Source of the DNA: Rhina ancylostomus
Lineage: Eukaryota
Length of the DNA stretch: 64,000 nt
Reading direction: 5' to 3'
Assembly: GCA_030265395.1 (NCBI GenBank)
Contig: JARFYF010000094.1
Span: 38,795,841-38,859,840 of the forward strand
Shown here piece after piece: positions 12,972 to 27,272 of this stretch. The notes beneath the pieces were generated by a model. That model was not told the DNA's origin and made no database searches. It worked only from the letters and a program-made list of their open reading frames with translations. How positions within the stretch are numbered: position 1 is the first letter of the stretch; each line of letters starts with the position of its first letter. The translations under genes were made by a program, and so were the position numbers.

Positions 12972-15084
12972 GTAAGGCACCGCTTTTCTTTCTCTCTTAC
13001 GAGTGCTTTGTGTTAGACGTAATTCCTCGAGCAATTATTAATTTGACCACAGTTTTTATAGCTAGGTTGATTGTCTGTTAAACGGAGACATGCTCGCCCA
13101 CACCCGCCTCCTCTAATCTTTGATTTCCATTTAAATGAGGCTACATTGTGGAAGGGGCTTTCTTGCCTTTATTCACAAGGAGGAATCTAAAGAGACAATG
13201 GGCCTTTTAAAAGGGGAGTGAAAAGCCCAGCGTGGGCCCTGTGTTTCCAGGATCGGAGAGTCCACTGTCACCTTTAAAGCTGGCGGGGAGACTGGGCAGA
13301 GACCTTCAGCTTCGTTGCTCTGTGTCCCACCCTTGAAAGGCAGCCGCGGCAACCTCTTGCACCTCCAGCTCAGCACCAGACAAGGGGGGGGGAGGCTTCT
13401 CGGACAAAGGGCTGCTAACAAGTTGCGCGTGTGAATCTGGCCATTAACTAGCTGTCAGTGTGTGACAGGGGCCCCAGACCTGGCATCAAACCTATCAAAG
13501 GACTATTCACGTGGAGGGGCACAGTCCTCCACTCCCCTCCTTTTGACTTGGAAGGCATTCTTGGGGGAGGGGGGCATTGGTATCCAAACATTGCCGTGAT
13601 TTAAAAGGAGTCTGAGTGGCCAAATGGGGATAGTCTAAAGGTATGCAAACAAGCCTTGCAGCTGTTGTGGTACTCTGTATATAGACCATACTAACGTGGC
13701 TCTGCCTTCACTTTGTGCTCCCTTGCTCTTGTTCCTCTTGGCAGCTGTTCTTCTAGGGAAAGAATTTTTTTGGGAGGAGGGAATAAGGCACTACCCTGTG
13801 AAGCACTTTGCATCTTTGGGAGCTATCCTTAATCATCCACCTTCCCCCCACTATCCCAAGTTTTACTGCCCCCCTCTTTGGTTTGTGTTATTAAAACACT
13901 AATGCATTTTCCTTACCAGTTTTTTTTTCCTTCCAGGTTCTACCCCTTTAAGTGGAAATGTAAAACGGTAACAGTGGGTGGAAAAAAAAGCTGCCTGATT
14001 TTTATTCAAGTTTAAAAATAGTATTCAGCAATGAAATGCCTGCAACTTTTTTTCAGGGTGTTGGGTTTTTGAAAAGAACACAGTACATGAAACAGTATTA
14101 ACAGTTTGTTTTTGATTTCTGGGGAAACTGGGGTGTCTGCTTTACTAAAGCACAGTGCACTTTATTCTTGTACTAATTTTGGGACTTTCCAATTTTAAAC
14201 TAAACGTTTGTCTTCACAGATTGAAGGAGCTTGTGGAGTTATTTCCTTAATGTGTTTAGATTTGATTCAGCCAACTCCTGAGTCTCTTGCTTGGACGTGC
14301 TGTTAAGTGCCTTCATAGCGATGTCCTGGGTCATCTTATCAGCAGTGGCTACAATTATTCATAATGGCTTCCTAAAGGATTTAATAAATGTAACAATGGC
14401 CAATGGTTTTCTTTTTAGCCAACACGGGCCTTTTAATAATAACACATTTAAAAATTCATCCTAGTGTTTGTATGCTTGAGTTTTTCGCCTAATTAGTGAA
14501 ATTAATGTGGCTAATTAGTGCAATCTATTGTGTATTTTAACATCTGACTATAAATTGATGAAGAACTATGCAGAATATGTCTTCAGTTTTGCAGTGGAAG
14601 TGGGTACTTGCATGATCATACTCAAAAATCTTCCACTTTGAACTATATCAGTTCAATGCATTGCTGCAATTGTAAAAGCTTCTCTTCAGAAATATTTCCT
14701 ATTCCAGTTTTAAGATGTGCATTCATTTGCAATTAACATCACTTAATAATCTTTGAGTATCAAATCCTAATGGATTATAGATTTTTAATGCTTTATCAGT
14801 GCCTGACTATGCTTTGTAGTTAGAGGGTTAATTATAGCAAGTTGCTTCAAATAATAACTTTAGTGACAATATTGTGTTTCCCAGTATCAATGCACTTAAG
14901 AACCTGCATTTCAGATACCACCTTTCCCCCTTTTAACACTGCAGTGTGTAACTGCAAGACCACTGCCTTGTCTATGGAGCAAGTGCTGCAGCCAACTTTT
15001 CATTCACATGAGAAATAAGTTTTCAAATACTTGGGCCTGACAGCATAAAATCTAATCCCACGTCCAGTATGTTTTTCAGCTTTG

Positions 15085-15790
15085 GATCAGAGGATAGCAC
15101 TCTTACTGGTTTGTGGGCTCAAGTCCCACTTCACAGGCTTGAGTACAAATCTGGAATCTGCTCTGCCTGAGCTGCTGCTGTTTGGATGAGACAGAGACCA
15201 CATCTGCTGTCTTTGATGTATGTAAAAGATCCCAAAGCACTATTCTGGAAAAACAGATGAGTTATCCCTGGTGCCCTTGCCAATGTTTGCCTCTCAATCT
15301 CACTAACAAAATATCTGACTTTTATTCCTTCAGGGAACATGTACATTACTGGCAAGGCCAGCATTTATTGTTCTTGCCTATATGTTCCTTCAAATAAAAC
15401 TTATTTCACCACTTCAGAAGGCAGTTAAACATCAACTATCTTGGTGGGTCTGGAATCATATAGGCCAGACTGGGTAAGGATGGAAAATTTCCTTTACTGA
15501 AGAAATATTACTGAACCAAAGAGTCTTACAATAAACTGGTAATTCTATGGATTACTGATAAAACACTTTATTCTGGATTTATTTTGCTTGAATTTTGCAT
15601 TTTTTTTCCTGCTTTGTAGTGGACTTGAACTAGTATCTACTTGACTATTATCCTGTCACATGGTAAATTGCCATTTGTAGGTGCTTACTATGTGCAAATT
15701 GGCTGTCACAATAGTGACTGTGTTGTAAAAGTATTTCAGTGGCCACATGTCCTTTGTCCTAAGATCACTAAAAGCTGTAAAATGCAATAT
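15085..15790 (+). mobile_element. Deu-domain SINE split by a nested minus-strand SINE (~15320-15640)
   Basis: tRNA-like head (GGGCTCAAGTCCCAC) and body to ~15320. The tail (TTTGTAGGTGCTTACTATGTGCAAATTGGCTG) resumes at ~15641 after a reversed SINE starting TTTATTCC...GGCAAGGCCAGCATTTATTG. Confidence 0.6.
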
Positions 15791-18700
15791 GCACACACCT
15801 CAAACAATAATGGTACAATTGGTGACATTGTGACTCTTTGTTTAGTACATTGCATTTAATACAGCTTGTTCATTAATTTTGTACCTCCAAACTCCTTTCT
15901 AGGTTTGGCAAGTTGAGCATGAATATTAAAGTTTTGATGCATTACTGCCTGTTACTACAAAAGTTTTCTTTCCCTTTGTCAAAGGGGTGGGGTAATGGTG
16001 GAAACTAGCTCAGTGACACTGAAGTTCTTTTGTGGGCCTGTCACTTTCAGGCTGGTAGGTTAGTATTTTGAGGCACTGCACTGAGGAAACCACTTCGTTG
16101 ATCTTGACTTGCCATTTCTGTAACACTGTTATGGTGCTGAATAAATATTAATGAAGTTATCTGAATTGCTTCTGGCTGGCTTTCCGCATTAGTGCAGAGA
16201 AGTTGCAGCAGGGGGTAGTGAGTGCAAGTGACCTCTATTTTGTGAACAAGGCATATGCAGCTATTTCTACCTAGAATGAAGGCATATGATTAACACTATC
16301 ATCAGGCTCTCTGAGGGTGTTGACTTCTTGTTGTGAAGTACTATAGTGTGATAGCTGCCTGCTTTTACACAATAAAACACTGTGGTGCCAGATTAATCTT
16401 GCTTGATTCTCTTCTCATCAGCAATTCACCACAAATGAGCAGAAACTTTTTTGCAACAATGCATGAAATGTATTACTTCTGGAAATTGCAGAGTAAGCTC
16501 ATTTTCCTTCCATGTGTATGTATTAAATAGAATTTAACCTCATTCTGGGGTCATGTGCTGGAACAGAAGCTTGAGTGGATTAAATAATCACAAAGCAGGG
16601 TTTAGAGGAAGCCATTAAATTCAACATGGGTTGTCTAAGCTAAATGTTTCATAGTTCTCAACCTCCATGTCACTTGAACAATAGGCAATCACTTGTGTTA
16701 GCTTTAAACAGTCTATTTCTAAATGAAGAACTTTGAAACATTAGCACTAAATTTAATCTTTCACATTCTGAACATTAGTCAAACTTGTACAGTTTTGTAT
16801 GAACTACTCTATTTCTAAAGCTTGTAGAAATTGAATTAGTGATGTGGCCATTTAAGCCATGGCATCTACTATTTAAATGTCATTACTTTAATAAAAATAT
16901 TTGACAGTAACAGATGCAAAGAAAGTATATTTAAATGCACTTTTTGCAGGGGGTGGGGAGGAACTCCCTTTTGGTGCAGTGGGAAGCAGATTGACCTGTC
17001 AATGGAAGTTGCCATGGAAACATGACCAACTCCTCATTCTCTTCTTTCCCCCTGCCCCCACACAATTCTGCCTGAGTGAAGGAATGATGCCACTTTATTT
17101 AATTCTGCAAAGTGAGAATGACAAAGAATAACGTTAGTGAATATCCAGGTGCATGCCACTATTCAATGTGCTGCTTCTGATTGGGGTGATTCAACTAAAT
17201 TGAGGAGTAAATTCTACTCTTAAAGACAAACTGATAATCAAATCTTCAATCAAAAAAAGCAACAAAACTTCTTTAAATAGAGTAAAAGATCATAACAATA
17301 AGCTGAATGACAGCAGAGGAAGAGAAGACTTGAGGGGAAAATTGGCCTGTTTCTCCACCTTACCATCCTCCCTCCCTCTGCTTCATAATGGTGTTTTTTT
17401 TAACAACTTGAGTCCTGTTGTTATTAACAGATTTTAGATTTGGGATGTGTGCAGGTTACAGTATCAACTATTTGAGTTGTTTTCAGTACTGTTTGATCTA
17501 ATACTCAGTAACATGAATTTGTTAAACAATTTCCTGTTCTGTTGAATAATTGATTTAGTCTCTAAAGCATTGAATGGTTAGCATTCTCTTTTTTCCCCTT
17601 TTTTGTCTTTTGAATGCTTAGGGTTTGAATCGTCTTCACTTTGTTTTTGAAACCAACTTTTTAATTTGAAATGCTGTTTGAGTTCAATTCATTAATTGAC
17701 AGATTTTTAAATTGGCTGAAGAGGAGTGTCAGCACCGAGCATGACCTTAAAAGGCCTTGCAGTTTGGTTGTTTTACCAAGCATGTACACAGCTGGATGTC
17801 TCTTTGCTTATCCTTGAGGTGGATAGTGGTGGCATTTGTAGAGCTCCATAATGATGGAATGAAATGCAGACACAATACTTGATTAACCCAGACCAATGTT
17901 AAACTGAGTTCAGCTCAGCAATGGTCAGCAGAGGGTGGGGTTGTAAATACCCCAGAGGGGTACCCTTGCCTTAATAACTTGCCCATTTAATTGATTGGTT
18001 AGTACAGACTGGGAATAAAGATGCCCTTGTTTTGCCACTAATACTTGTGCATCTTCTTCAACTCAAACTTTAGTTGTACCTTGGCAACTAATTAACAATT
18101 CAAATGTAGGAATATGCAATCAGTCAGAAGGGCATATGGCTGTGACTGGGCTGACTTTGAATAATTTAGCAAATGTATCAATTAATGGGGAATTTGGGCG
18201 TGCTTCAGGAAAATCATATAGACAAAGTTTAACTTTGCAGCTTTCTTTTTCTTGCTGAGCCTCCATTTACTTGAAGGCAACAGATATTTCTGATCAGAAC
18301 TGGTCCATCTTTGAAGTGACTTGGTCATGCTGCTTTGTTGGTATAGACTAATGAACAACTGTTGCCACTTTCTTCCCTCTTTTTCTCTCTCTCTCATTTC
18401 TGCTGCACTGTGGCTTGGCAACAGAAGCTATCAGGAATTCCCTCTGGGTATTCCCATTTCCTGCCGTGTAGGCTGAGGAAAGTCCCGGCAAGGATAACAC
18501 TGGAGGCTAAAGAATTTCTCCATCAAAGGAGAGACTACCCCTATGGAGCAATGTACATGGTATGTATGTGCTTGCAATTTGCATTTGTAACAAATCTTTA
18601 CTTTGTGTAGTGCATTAACTCTGGTAATGTAACAGTTGAGTCCACAGAGTGTTAGAATTAATTTAACGTGGCTGGCACTCTGACAAAAAAAGACAGGTTG

Positions 18701-21700
18701 TCGGATTGTTTGTCAGTATCAAGAACCTGTTTCCATTGCTGTATGTTTCTCTGACTCCATACAAAATGGGTACATTGCTCACCACCACCTTTCCCAGCCA
18801 ACTGGCCACTGGGTGGAGCAAGAAAAGACTTGTACTATTGATGTCATTTGGAAATGTATGTTGCATGAAATTTCCTAAGAATGAGCTGCCTGTCACCTTG
18901 TCCCTTTTTCTGTAGTAAGATCCCACAGAGTCCCAGTGAATTGCCAGACTATATCTGGTGGTTGAGGTAGAGCTGGAAACTACCCTCTTGCACTATCTTA
19001 CTATTGAGATAGATCTTTTAATAGCTGCCTGAACAATTGGGGCTCTGGATGAATACAGCCCACACCTCCTTCCCTGACTTTTTTAAAAAAAAAACTAATG
19101 ACATTTTCCCATTTGTGCTGAGCTATAACATAAGCCTGGTTAATATGTTCCAGTCCTGCAGCTTAGTCTGAATCTACTACACTCTGACTCTAATTACATT
19201 GCCATCTTGTGCCAGGTTGTGCTCAGGTGTCTTTGGTAACAAATTCCATGTAAACAGAGACTGGATTATCTATTCTGGTTGTCACTGCTGATTATCAGCC
19301 ATCCCCCGGAGTTTGCATCACAAGAATCGTGTTGACATAATACCCAAAGGTAACCACTGCAGCTGCATAAACAGTGCTCTAGATATGTGTTGGAGGTCCA
19401 CTGAGATTTGACTAAGTAAATTAGGCCCCTGATATTCAGGCACCAGTGTAGGCCTGGTTACACTTGTGCCCTAGATAAAGGGTCCTACATCCTGTTATTT
19501 TTGGGAAGGGTTAAAGTTACAAGTACTCCCTCTTTAATGCACATAATAACTTCCCCATGTGTCAGTGTTGTGGAAGTTAGGGGCTTTTGTTTGCATTTGC
19601 TTTCTGCTTGGTTTGAAGCCCTGATTTCTTTCTTCCTNNNNNNNNNNNNNNNNNNNNNNNNNNNNNNNNNNNNNNNNNNNNNNNNNNNNNNNNNNNNNNN
19701 NNNNNNNNNNNNNNNNNNNNNNNNNNNNNNNNNNNNNNNNNNNNNATTTCAAACTTATGAGGCCACACTTTGGAATCTCTTCTTGCTGCATGGGTATTTA
19801 TTCCAATCCACTTCTAATTGGGGATTAATTTCTGAAGGAATAAAAATTCCTTCCCACAATGTTTGGCCTTGAACCAAGAGTAGCCAAGCTGATTTCTCTT
19901 GTCTACCCTTCTGTGTGTCACCCATTTGGGCAGCCACTTTCCTGCACTGATTAATCCTGTGGCAATGCTGACTGCAGCTATTCATTCTACTCCTGGACCA
20001 ATTGCTGGTGTTTCCTCGAATGTAAGGGGAGATTTTCATAAATCAGATCTACAGAGATTTGGTCACATGGTGGGGACTGCATCAGGGCTGTAATTTTTTC
20101 TTTGTCTGAGTTGTACGGATTTTCAAATCAACTGCATTAGAAACTGAATTTCATGATATTGTGCTAATTGGAGTTCCAACTCAAAATGAAATGCTCCACT
20201 GAGTTGACAAGCATTTGCAGGGGTCTTGTTTATTGCCCAAGTGTCATAGTCAAAGAGCAACAAAAAGTCCTCTTTATTTTGCCCTGTTTGGTTTAGAGCA
20301 GCAGTCATGCAAGATAAAATAACACAAAGCTGGCTGCAGTTGGTAAAACTGCACTTTCCTTATGTAAATTATTTGTTGTTCCCGATGGGGATGTTTAAAT
20401 TCAATCAGAAGTCTGAGCAATTATACCTCTCCAGCAAACTTAATCTAAATCTTTAAAATGGAACTTGGCTCTTATTTTTCTGGATCCTGTCTGTGTGCAA
20501 ATTCTGAACTTGTGCACCAATTAAGGTTTGAAGTTCTGACCAATGATTCCTAGTCAGTGCAAGGATTGTCTGATGGTTTAACATTGGGTATTCTTTTAAG
20601 AGGTTAATTTACCCCTGTAGGGTAACTTGCAGAAAACTATCTTTCTGCTGGTGATACTTTGGATCCATTGCCTGAAAAAATGACCTACCATTTACTGCTT
20701 TTGTTTCCTGCACTCACCAATGACCCTCATTGCACAACAACAATTTATAGATCATCGTTCCTTTTTTTGGCTGTTTATTGTAATGATCCAAAACAGATTT
20801 ACTTCCCCTTGGCAAACTAACTTCTTCCTTTATTCAACATAATAAGAGTAAATAATTAAAACAAAATCAATTAGTTTCTGCCTCATTTGCTACTCCTGTG
20901 AATACTAACACCTATTTTGTGCCCAGTTAATATTTGCCTGACAGAATTCATATTTACTTAAAGTTCAAGTTAAATATCATAATGACATTGGATTGAATGA
21001 CCACATTGACCTTGATGCACTTAATTTGTGCATGATGGGCAGAGCTACTAAAATAACAACTGCAGTGGTTTTGCAATTAGAGTAGTGGTCACCTGTACCC
21101 TAAATGGGAGGAATTTTTTTTGGGGGGGGAATGGGTGGTGGGTAGAAGTTTCAAAAATGTTGGATAATTTGTTATCAGTGATTAAATAACATGTCATAAT
21201 GCTATTTTGATTTACCCCCCCACCCCCCAAAAAACCAATTTAATTATCTAAAGGAGAATGGTTGGGAGTTCTGAAAGCCACTTGATGGTAGTTTAGATGT
21301 TTTAGTACTTGACTGTATTTGAACTTGCCTAAAGAAAATGTTCATTTTGAATGTCTGTCACATTTTGGATGTTCCTCTTAACTTTAGGAGAATCAAAGGT
21401 TGAGGTGACTATTTGCAAGCACTTCCACCAGCTACAATACCTNNNNNNNNNNACAAGTATATAGTAAAATTTACTCATCAAAGAAGATGAATGCTTTGTA
21501 TTTAACATCCTTAGCAGAAACCAAAAATGCCTAGAATTGTTGAATGTTTTGTGTATTTTCTTTCCACCTCCCTCACTTATTCATTATACTTCCAAGTCCT
21601 TAAGCTACATTTTTTTTGGAATGGTGTAGTTGCAATATTTGTCTGTCACCTTCAATTACTTGCCCCAGCATACAGCAGGAGAAGAGTAGGAATGAAGCAT

Positions 21701-22879
21701 CTTTTAATCCATTCAACTTGCTGCAGTGAAGCAGGTACAAATCAAAGGTACTTGTGTTTCAACAGTACATTTGAGTCTTGCCAATGTTAGGAAACACTTA
21801 TCTACTGTAGGTCAGCATGGAAAACTTAACAAAACATGCTGGATATGAGTATAGGATAGAAAATTACAGTTCTACCTCCATCCTTGCACCATTCCAATTC
21901 TTGGAGCATTAAGATTTTTATTTGAAATAGGCCATAATCAAATCGTAAAATGACTGTTCACTCTGCAAATATGGTACAGTTCATGTAAAAGATCACTCCT
22001 GCACATTTTGTTATAAAGCAGACTTTGTATCAAATTTGAGTCTCTCTTCTATATTTCTCAATTATGTTGCTTTCTCTTCCCCCCCCCCCCCCAAGTATTA
22101 AACTATTCATATGGGGGGGGGGGGAAGAAAGGAGTCATTTTCATTCAGAAGCAAGATACTTGCATGGTTTTTGGCTTGTAGGGAGAATATATTGAATGCC
22201 ATGGAATATACTGGAAGCAATAAATTATCCTGTACATTGGGAGGTGTTGAGAAAAATGGCAGTTTGCTCATTTTTATTAAAATACTTCTGAATGTGTTTT
22301 AAGCCAACCCATAGTGACTAGATAAAGTGGATTATGCAAACTGAACCATCAGAACAACATGGAGCACAAGTTGTTTTTGTGGGTGGATGCAGTATCAATT
22401 TAAAACTGATTTTTTTATTATTCATGGGGCAAAGATTTAACAAGTCTAGCACTCTATTGTCCCCTGCACTGAGTGTTTGCTGGGCTATTTCAGAGGGCAG
22501 TAAATCAACTACACTGGGAGCTCTGGAGTCACCTAGGCCAGGTGCAGGGACGGCAGCTTCTTTGAACCAGATGGGGATTCTATGATCATCATTATCAACA
22601 CTATCTTTTTTAAATTTCATATTCACTTACTTGAATTTGAACTCTGCACAGGCCAGGGTTGGGTTCAAACTTATCTCTATCATCAGTACCCTGTCATTCT
22701 GACTTTTAAACCCAGACTAGAAGAACTTCTACTCTTTTTCAATCATACTCCATCCACTCTCCTTGCCCACATACTTGGCCTGTTGATATACTCTGAGGAC
22801 TTAACTGTGGTCCTCTCATCCAAACCCTTGATAGATATTAGCCCCACACTGATTTCTGCAGTAGCCACAGCCTCCTAAT

Positions 22880-23350
22880 GACAAATAACTAGCTAACAAA
22901 TTTCAAACGGGCCAACCATTACCCCAATTCCTTGTATCCTAATCTTTGTGTGGTATCTTGTAAAAGGCCTTTTAATCTAAATGCATTATGTCATTCTGTT
23001 TCCACAATTTCTAACTGCTGGTTACTACCTCAATGAAACTCGAACAATCTGTCCAATGTGATTTTTACTTTCTAAAATCAAGACTCTGCTAATCCTATTA
23101 TCATTTTCTAATGCCCTGTTACCACTTACTTGGCATTGGATTCTAGTACTTAACCTGCCATTGGTGTTAGGATAAGTGGTCTGTAATTCTATTTTCTCTT
23201 GCTCCTTGAATAATGGAGTTACATTTGCTGCCTCCTAATCTGAGAATTATTCTATAATCATTAGATTTTGGAAAATGACAGCCATTGCATTCATTATCCA
23301 GTATACCACCTTTTAAGATCTTTGGAATGTGGCTCTAATAGGTCCTGGGG
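22880..23350 (-). mobile_element. Degraded CR1 RT fragment
   Basis: GTGTGGTATCTTGTAAAAGGCCTTTTAATCTAAATG (~22948-22983) reads on the minus strand like the LDFxKAFDKVPH motif. Confidence 0.6.
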
Positions 23351-24989
23351 GTTTGGGTTTTCAATCCCATAAACTTTTTGATTTAAATTTGGGCTGCCAC
23401 CCCCCCCCCCCCCCAATCCACAGGGAAGGTTGACTCACCACCCATTGTCCCACCTGTTTAAACCCAAAAATGGGCATTTGGGGGCAAGCTAGAGACTTTA
23501 AGATGATTTTAACAATCAACTTTGCATTTAAATCCAGACTGAAATTTACAGTGAGCAAATAGTAAATCTGTAGAACAGCCTTCACTTGAGGGGCATTCAA
23601 AACTGATGGGATTAATTACAATGAGCAAATTAAAATTTGATGTGCAAATGGAATGCTTAACTTTCCAGTAGTGTGGGCTTTCTTGACTCCAATGCAGGTT
23701 AATTTGCTGGGTGTTGATTGCTCTGGTTAGTCAACAACCTTACTGTTACTATATTCTGTGACAAACAGGATTGTGCACATCAAAATAGATAAATCTTAAT
23801 GGGGCAGATTTTGCACTACCCCAAATAGTGTTGTTCACTGCAGTGTGATTCTGGCACAGACTTCTACTGTAAGATCTGGCCATCTGCACATCAATGTGAC
23901 AACTAGTTTCTTCCTAGCACAGGCATCTATTTGGCACAATAGCTTGGAAAACTGGTGAGTGTCTGCACAAATGCCCCCAGGCTCTCCATCTGTCAGTGCT
24001 TTCAATGAAGCTGAAAGCTTGTGAATGTCAAAGCATCACAAAATACATAAATAACTTTAAAACTTTTCATACACAATGGAAAACAAGCCAATACATTTAA
24101 ACTACCTCATTTAAATCAAAGGTCGATTTTGCCATTTTCTGCTAACAACTGTTTCTTCCTCATGATCTGATTTGTGATGTGTTTAATCTGGCGCAAAACT
24201 ACAAGGCCAAATTCTCAGTCTGTAATTGAAGTTTGTGCTGCCTCCTTGAACTCTGGGCAATCTAACTACAGTGCTGAAATGACTGCAGACAGCAACTCCT
24301 GCTATACTGGTGCTTAAGCCTGTGCCAGTCCCTCTATAAACCTGCACATACCAAGGGTAACATGATTGCTATTACACGAGTAAGAGGAAGTCTTGGCAGT
24401 CGGGAATACAAATTTAGTTAATTAAATTTTAGTATCTGTGTAATAGCTACTGTGCAACCTTTGTTTCATTTAATGCCTTTTTGTTTGAAGGAAATTTGGT
24501 TTAATGGGCTATACTCCAAGGATACTAGACTAAAGATTTGATGCTCCACCACACACCACCCCCCACCCCCGCCACACCCTCCTGTTAGAGATTTACTTGG
24601 GAATTCCAATAACTATGAATGAGAATAGATTGGTACTAGATTTGGATGAAGGCCAACATAGCTTTGTTACTTTCATGGAATTTTCATGAGTGTCATGTGA
24701 CTTAGAGCTGTTCCACAGATGAGTTGACCAAGAGTCTGGTGCCTGGTCATAGACTTGTACTTTTCAATCCACCCCTATTCTGTCCTACTAAATGGTCTAG
24801 AGTGATTGACCAAGTCTTGAATATTAACCCTAGACCCTGCCGAGCATGAGAACAGAAAGGCTACTACCTCCTGCCATTCCTTGGCTAATAAATTTGTACT
24901 TCCCTTGGGTAAAGTTGCACTATGTACCAAAGGCACACAATGTAGTCTGGGTGNNNNNNNNNNTGTTGTTGTAATTATTTTTCTAATGG

Positions 24990-25180
24990 CTGCATATGGC
25001 ACAGACAGACCATTCTGCCCACTGGATCAATGTCAGCATTCCCATCCGTCTCTTTCTGCTGTAGCCCTGATAATTTAGACTAGCCAATTAACCTACCAGC
25101 ATGTCTTTGGGATGTGAGAGGAAATTGGAACACTTGGCAGAAACTCAGTCACAGGGAAAACATGTAAATTCCACATAGCC
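24990..25180 (-). mobile_element. V-SINE/HE1-like SINE fragment
   Basis: TAGCCAATTAACCTACCAGCATGTCTTTGGGATGTGAGAGGAAA...CACAGGGAAAACATGTAAATTCCACA is homologous to the 59260-59610 copy. Confidence 0.65.
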
Positions 25181-26479
25181 AATACCCATACCACTTTCCT
25201 TTTATGACTGTATGTCTAGTATCATGGATGTGGTAATAGCACAGCCATTGTTTAATTGCACACATCAAAACCCTACTGGTCACAGTCTACACTGATGTTG
25301 ACGGCTGACAAACCAGTCTCACCTGCTGTAACTTTGAATATTTTCTTGTCTGCGAGCACCACACAGAATGCAGTTTGCTGTTGATCTTTAATTACATGCA
25401 TGGAGCCTCTTTGCATGCTGAGTTTATTGTACAAAGCAATTGATCAGTTTTGTACATGTTCATAGCAATGCTGCAAAATGTAAATTTTCTGATCTTGAGT
25501 GACAGCTGAAACACCGATCATTAAAGCATGCATAAAGGAATTTCACAAGGCAAGGGTATCAAACTGTCAGAACTGTTTGAGTTACCAAGATCACTGTCAT
25601 TTTTATTTTGGTGAATAAAGCAGCTGAGGCTAAAAGATCACTATTGTTGTGAAAAAGATCAAAGGTGGAATTATGGGGCAGAACCATTTTGCACAAGACT
25701 GTCAATGGATAATAGTTGCCAACATAAAGATAAGGAGTGCTTGGTTGATATTATGTTGTGGTGGCAGCTATCCTCACAGTAAGCTACCACTAAGGGGAAC
25801 TGCAAGTCCTGTGGAAGGTTCAACCATTGCATAAACGTTTGCAGTTCAGCAAATCAGTACATCACAACCCATCGGGACATGCAGCAACTGTCAAAGCCAA
25901 TGCAGAAGTCAACCACACTTGTCTCTAGTTTATATTTGTTGCTTACTGCACTCGCTCATGGAAAGAAGTGAACATTTGCAACTCATGAATCAGCAGTCTG
26001 GTTGAATCAGCCCTTTCTGTAAATGTAAGTTAACAAATAGTTACTGTTGTCCTATTCTAACTTGGTGAGGGGAAATACCAGGATACTTCAGTATTGCACC
26101 TTTTTGACAGTGCAAATGTTTTTCTCCTTTTTTCAATCTTTTTTATTGGTTTCAAATCAATACAAATGGTATATGGCATCAAAGTTTGTACATATCTTAC
26201 AAAGAGATCTACTTATCACTCAAATACAAATGTTTTTCATTTTAAATGATACTTGAATCCTGGAGTCTTGAACACATAATGAAATCAAAGTTGCAAGGAA
26301 GCAAGATGTTTCATCTTTGTGTATAACAAGAATTTTTTGGTTCCAAAAATGGAAGCATCATAGAAAATGTACCCTTAATAATGCTGCAAGTAATCTAAGG
26401 TTTGCACAAAGTTTGTGATAAACTAACAACTGCAGGTATTTCCAATCTTGCACAGAGTTGGATGTAGTCACCAATATGA

Positions 26480-27060
26480 CGCTTTGTAGACCTTGTTCTT
26501 GAGGTCATCAAGGAAACTTCATAAATAATTATTAAAGAAAAACATGGTTCCCAGGAACAGTTGTTTAGTTGAACACAATGTGATTGCTTGGCATGCTAAA
26601 CTATGTCAAATCAACTAGAACTGATGTAGTTACCCAAGGGGCCTTGGGTTAACATTAGTGTTGATTTTGTAGATCTATGTTCTCGTGATCATTTGGTCGT
26701 CATTGTTGACAACTGCAGCAAATTCCCTTTTGGAAAAATTGTCAGCTCCATTTCTGTTAACACTACCTTTCTAAAGCTTGATCACATCTTTGCATCATCT
26801 GGTGTGCTGCATGTAATGAGAGCTGATAATGGACAGCTGGAAAGCAAAGCAGGAAGAACTTTAAACATTTTTATGGAGACAAAAAGTGACACCACTTTTC
26901 AGTGTCAGGAATACTGCCATATGTTTCTTCTTCCACATTGTGTGTGCGTATCTTCCAGAGAGAATGTGATCTGAATGATCAGTATTTAAGAGTGTGCCCA
27001 TGAATGCTAATTCAAATAAACATAAATTTGGATCACCACCATTGCAGCCAGTGGGTACAG
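26480..27060 (+). mobile_element. Gypsy/Ty3 LTR-retrotransposon integrase relic
   Basis: Frameshifted GHQG...KTWFPG...LPKGPWVNISVDF..DHLVVIVDNCSKFP..IVSS...KLDHIFASSG..VMRADNG, the integrase zinc-finger and rve core motifs. Confidence 0.75.
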
Positions 27061-27218
27061 ATCTTATGAAATATGATAACTCATGGGCAAGTAAATGACT
27101 CTAATACACAGACACCTGGCATTGCTGCTGGAGTTTCCATGACCATAACACTGCATGTGATGGTTTGTGAACATGAAATGCATTCTTCTTCAAAGTATTC
27201 AAAACACCTTTCACTGTC

Positions 27219-27272
27219 AGGGAGTCTGAAATGGATAATTGCAAAAAGGGAGTCTGAAATGGATAATTGCAA
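27219..27272. repeat. Perfect 26-bp tandem duplication
   Basis: AGGGAGTCTGAAATGGATAATTGCAA at 27219-27244 and 27247-27272. Confidence 0.95.

Noticed and set aside
13937-13967. Possible micro-exon (TTCCAG acceptor, GTAACA donor)
   Set aside because: Weak donor and no other support.
27219-27272. Direct repeats as a CRISPR-like array
   Set aside because: Only two units, no spacers, vertebrate context; a simple tandem duplication.
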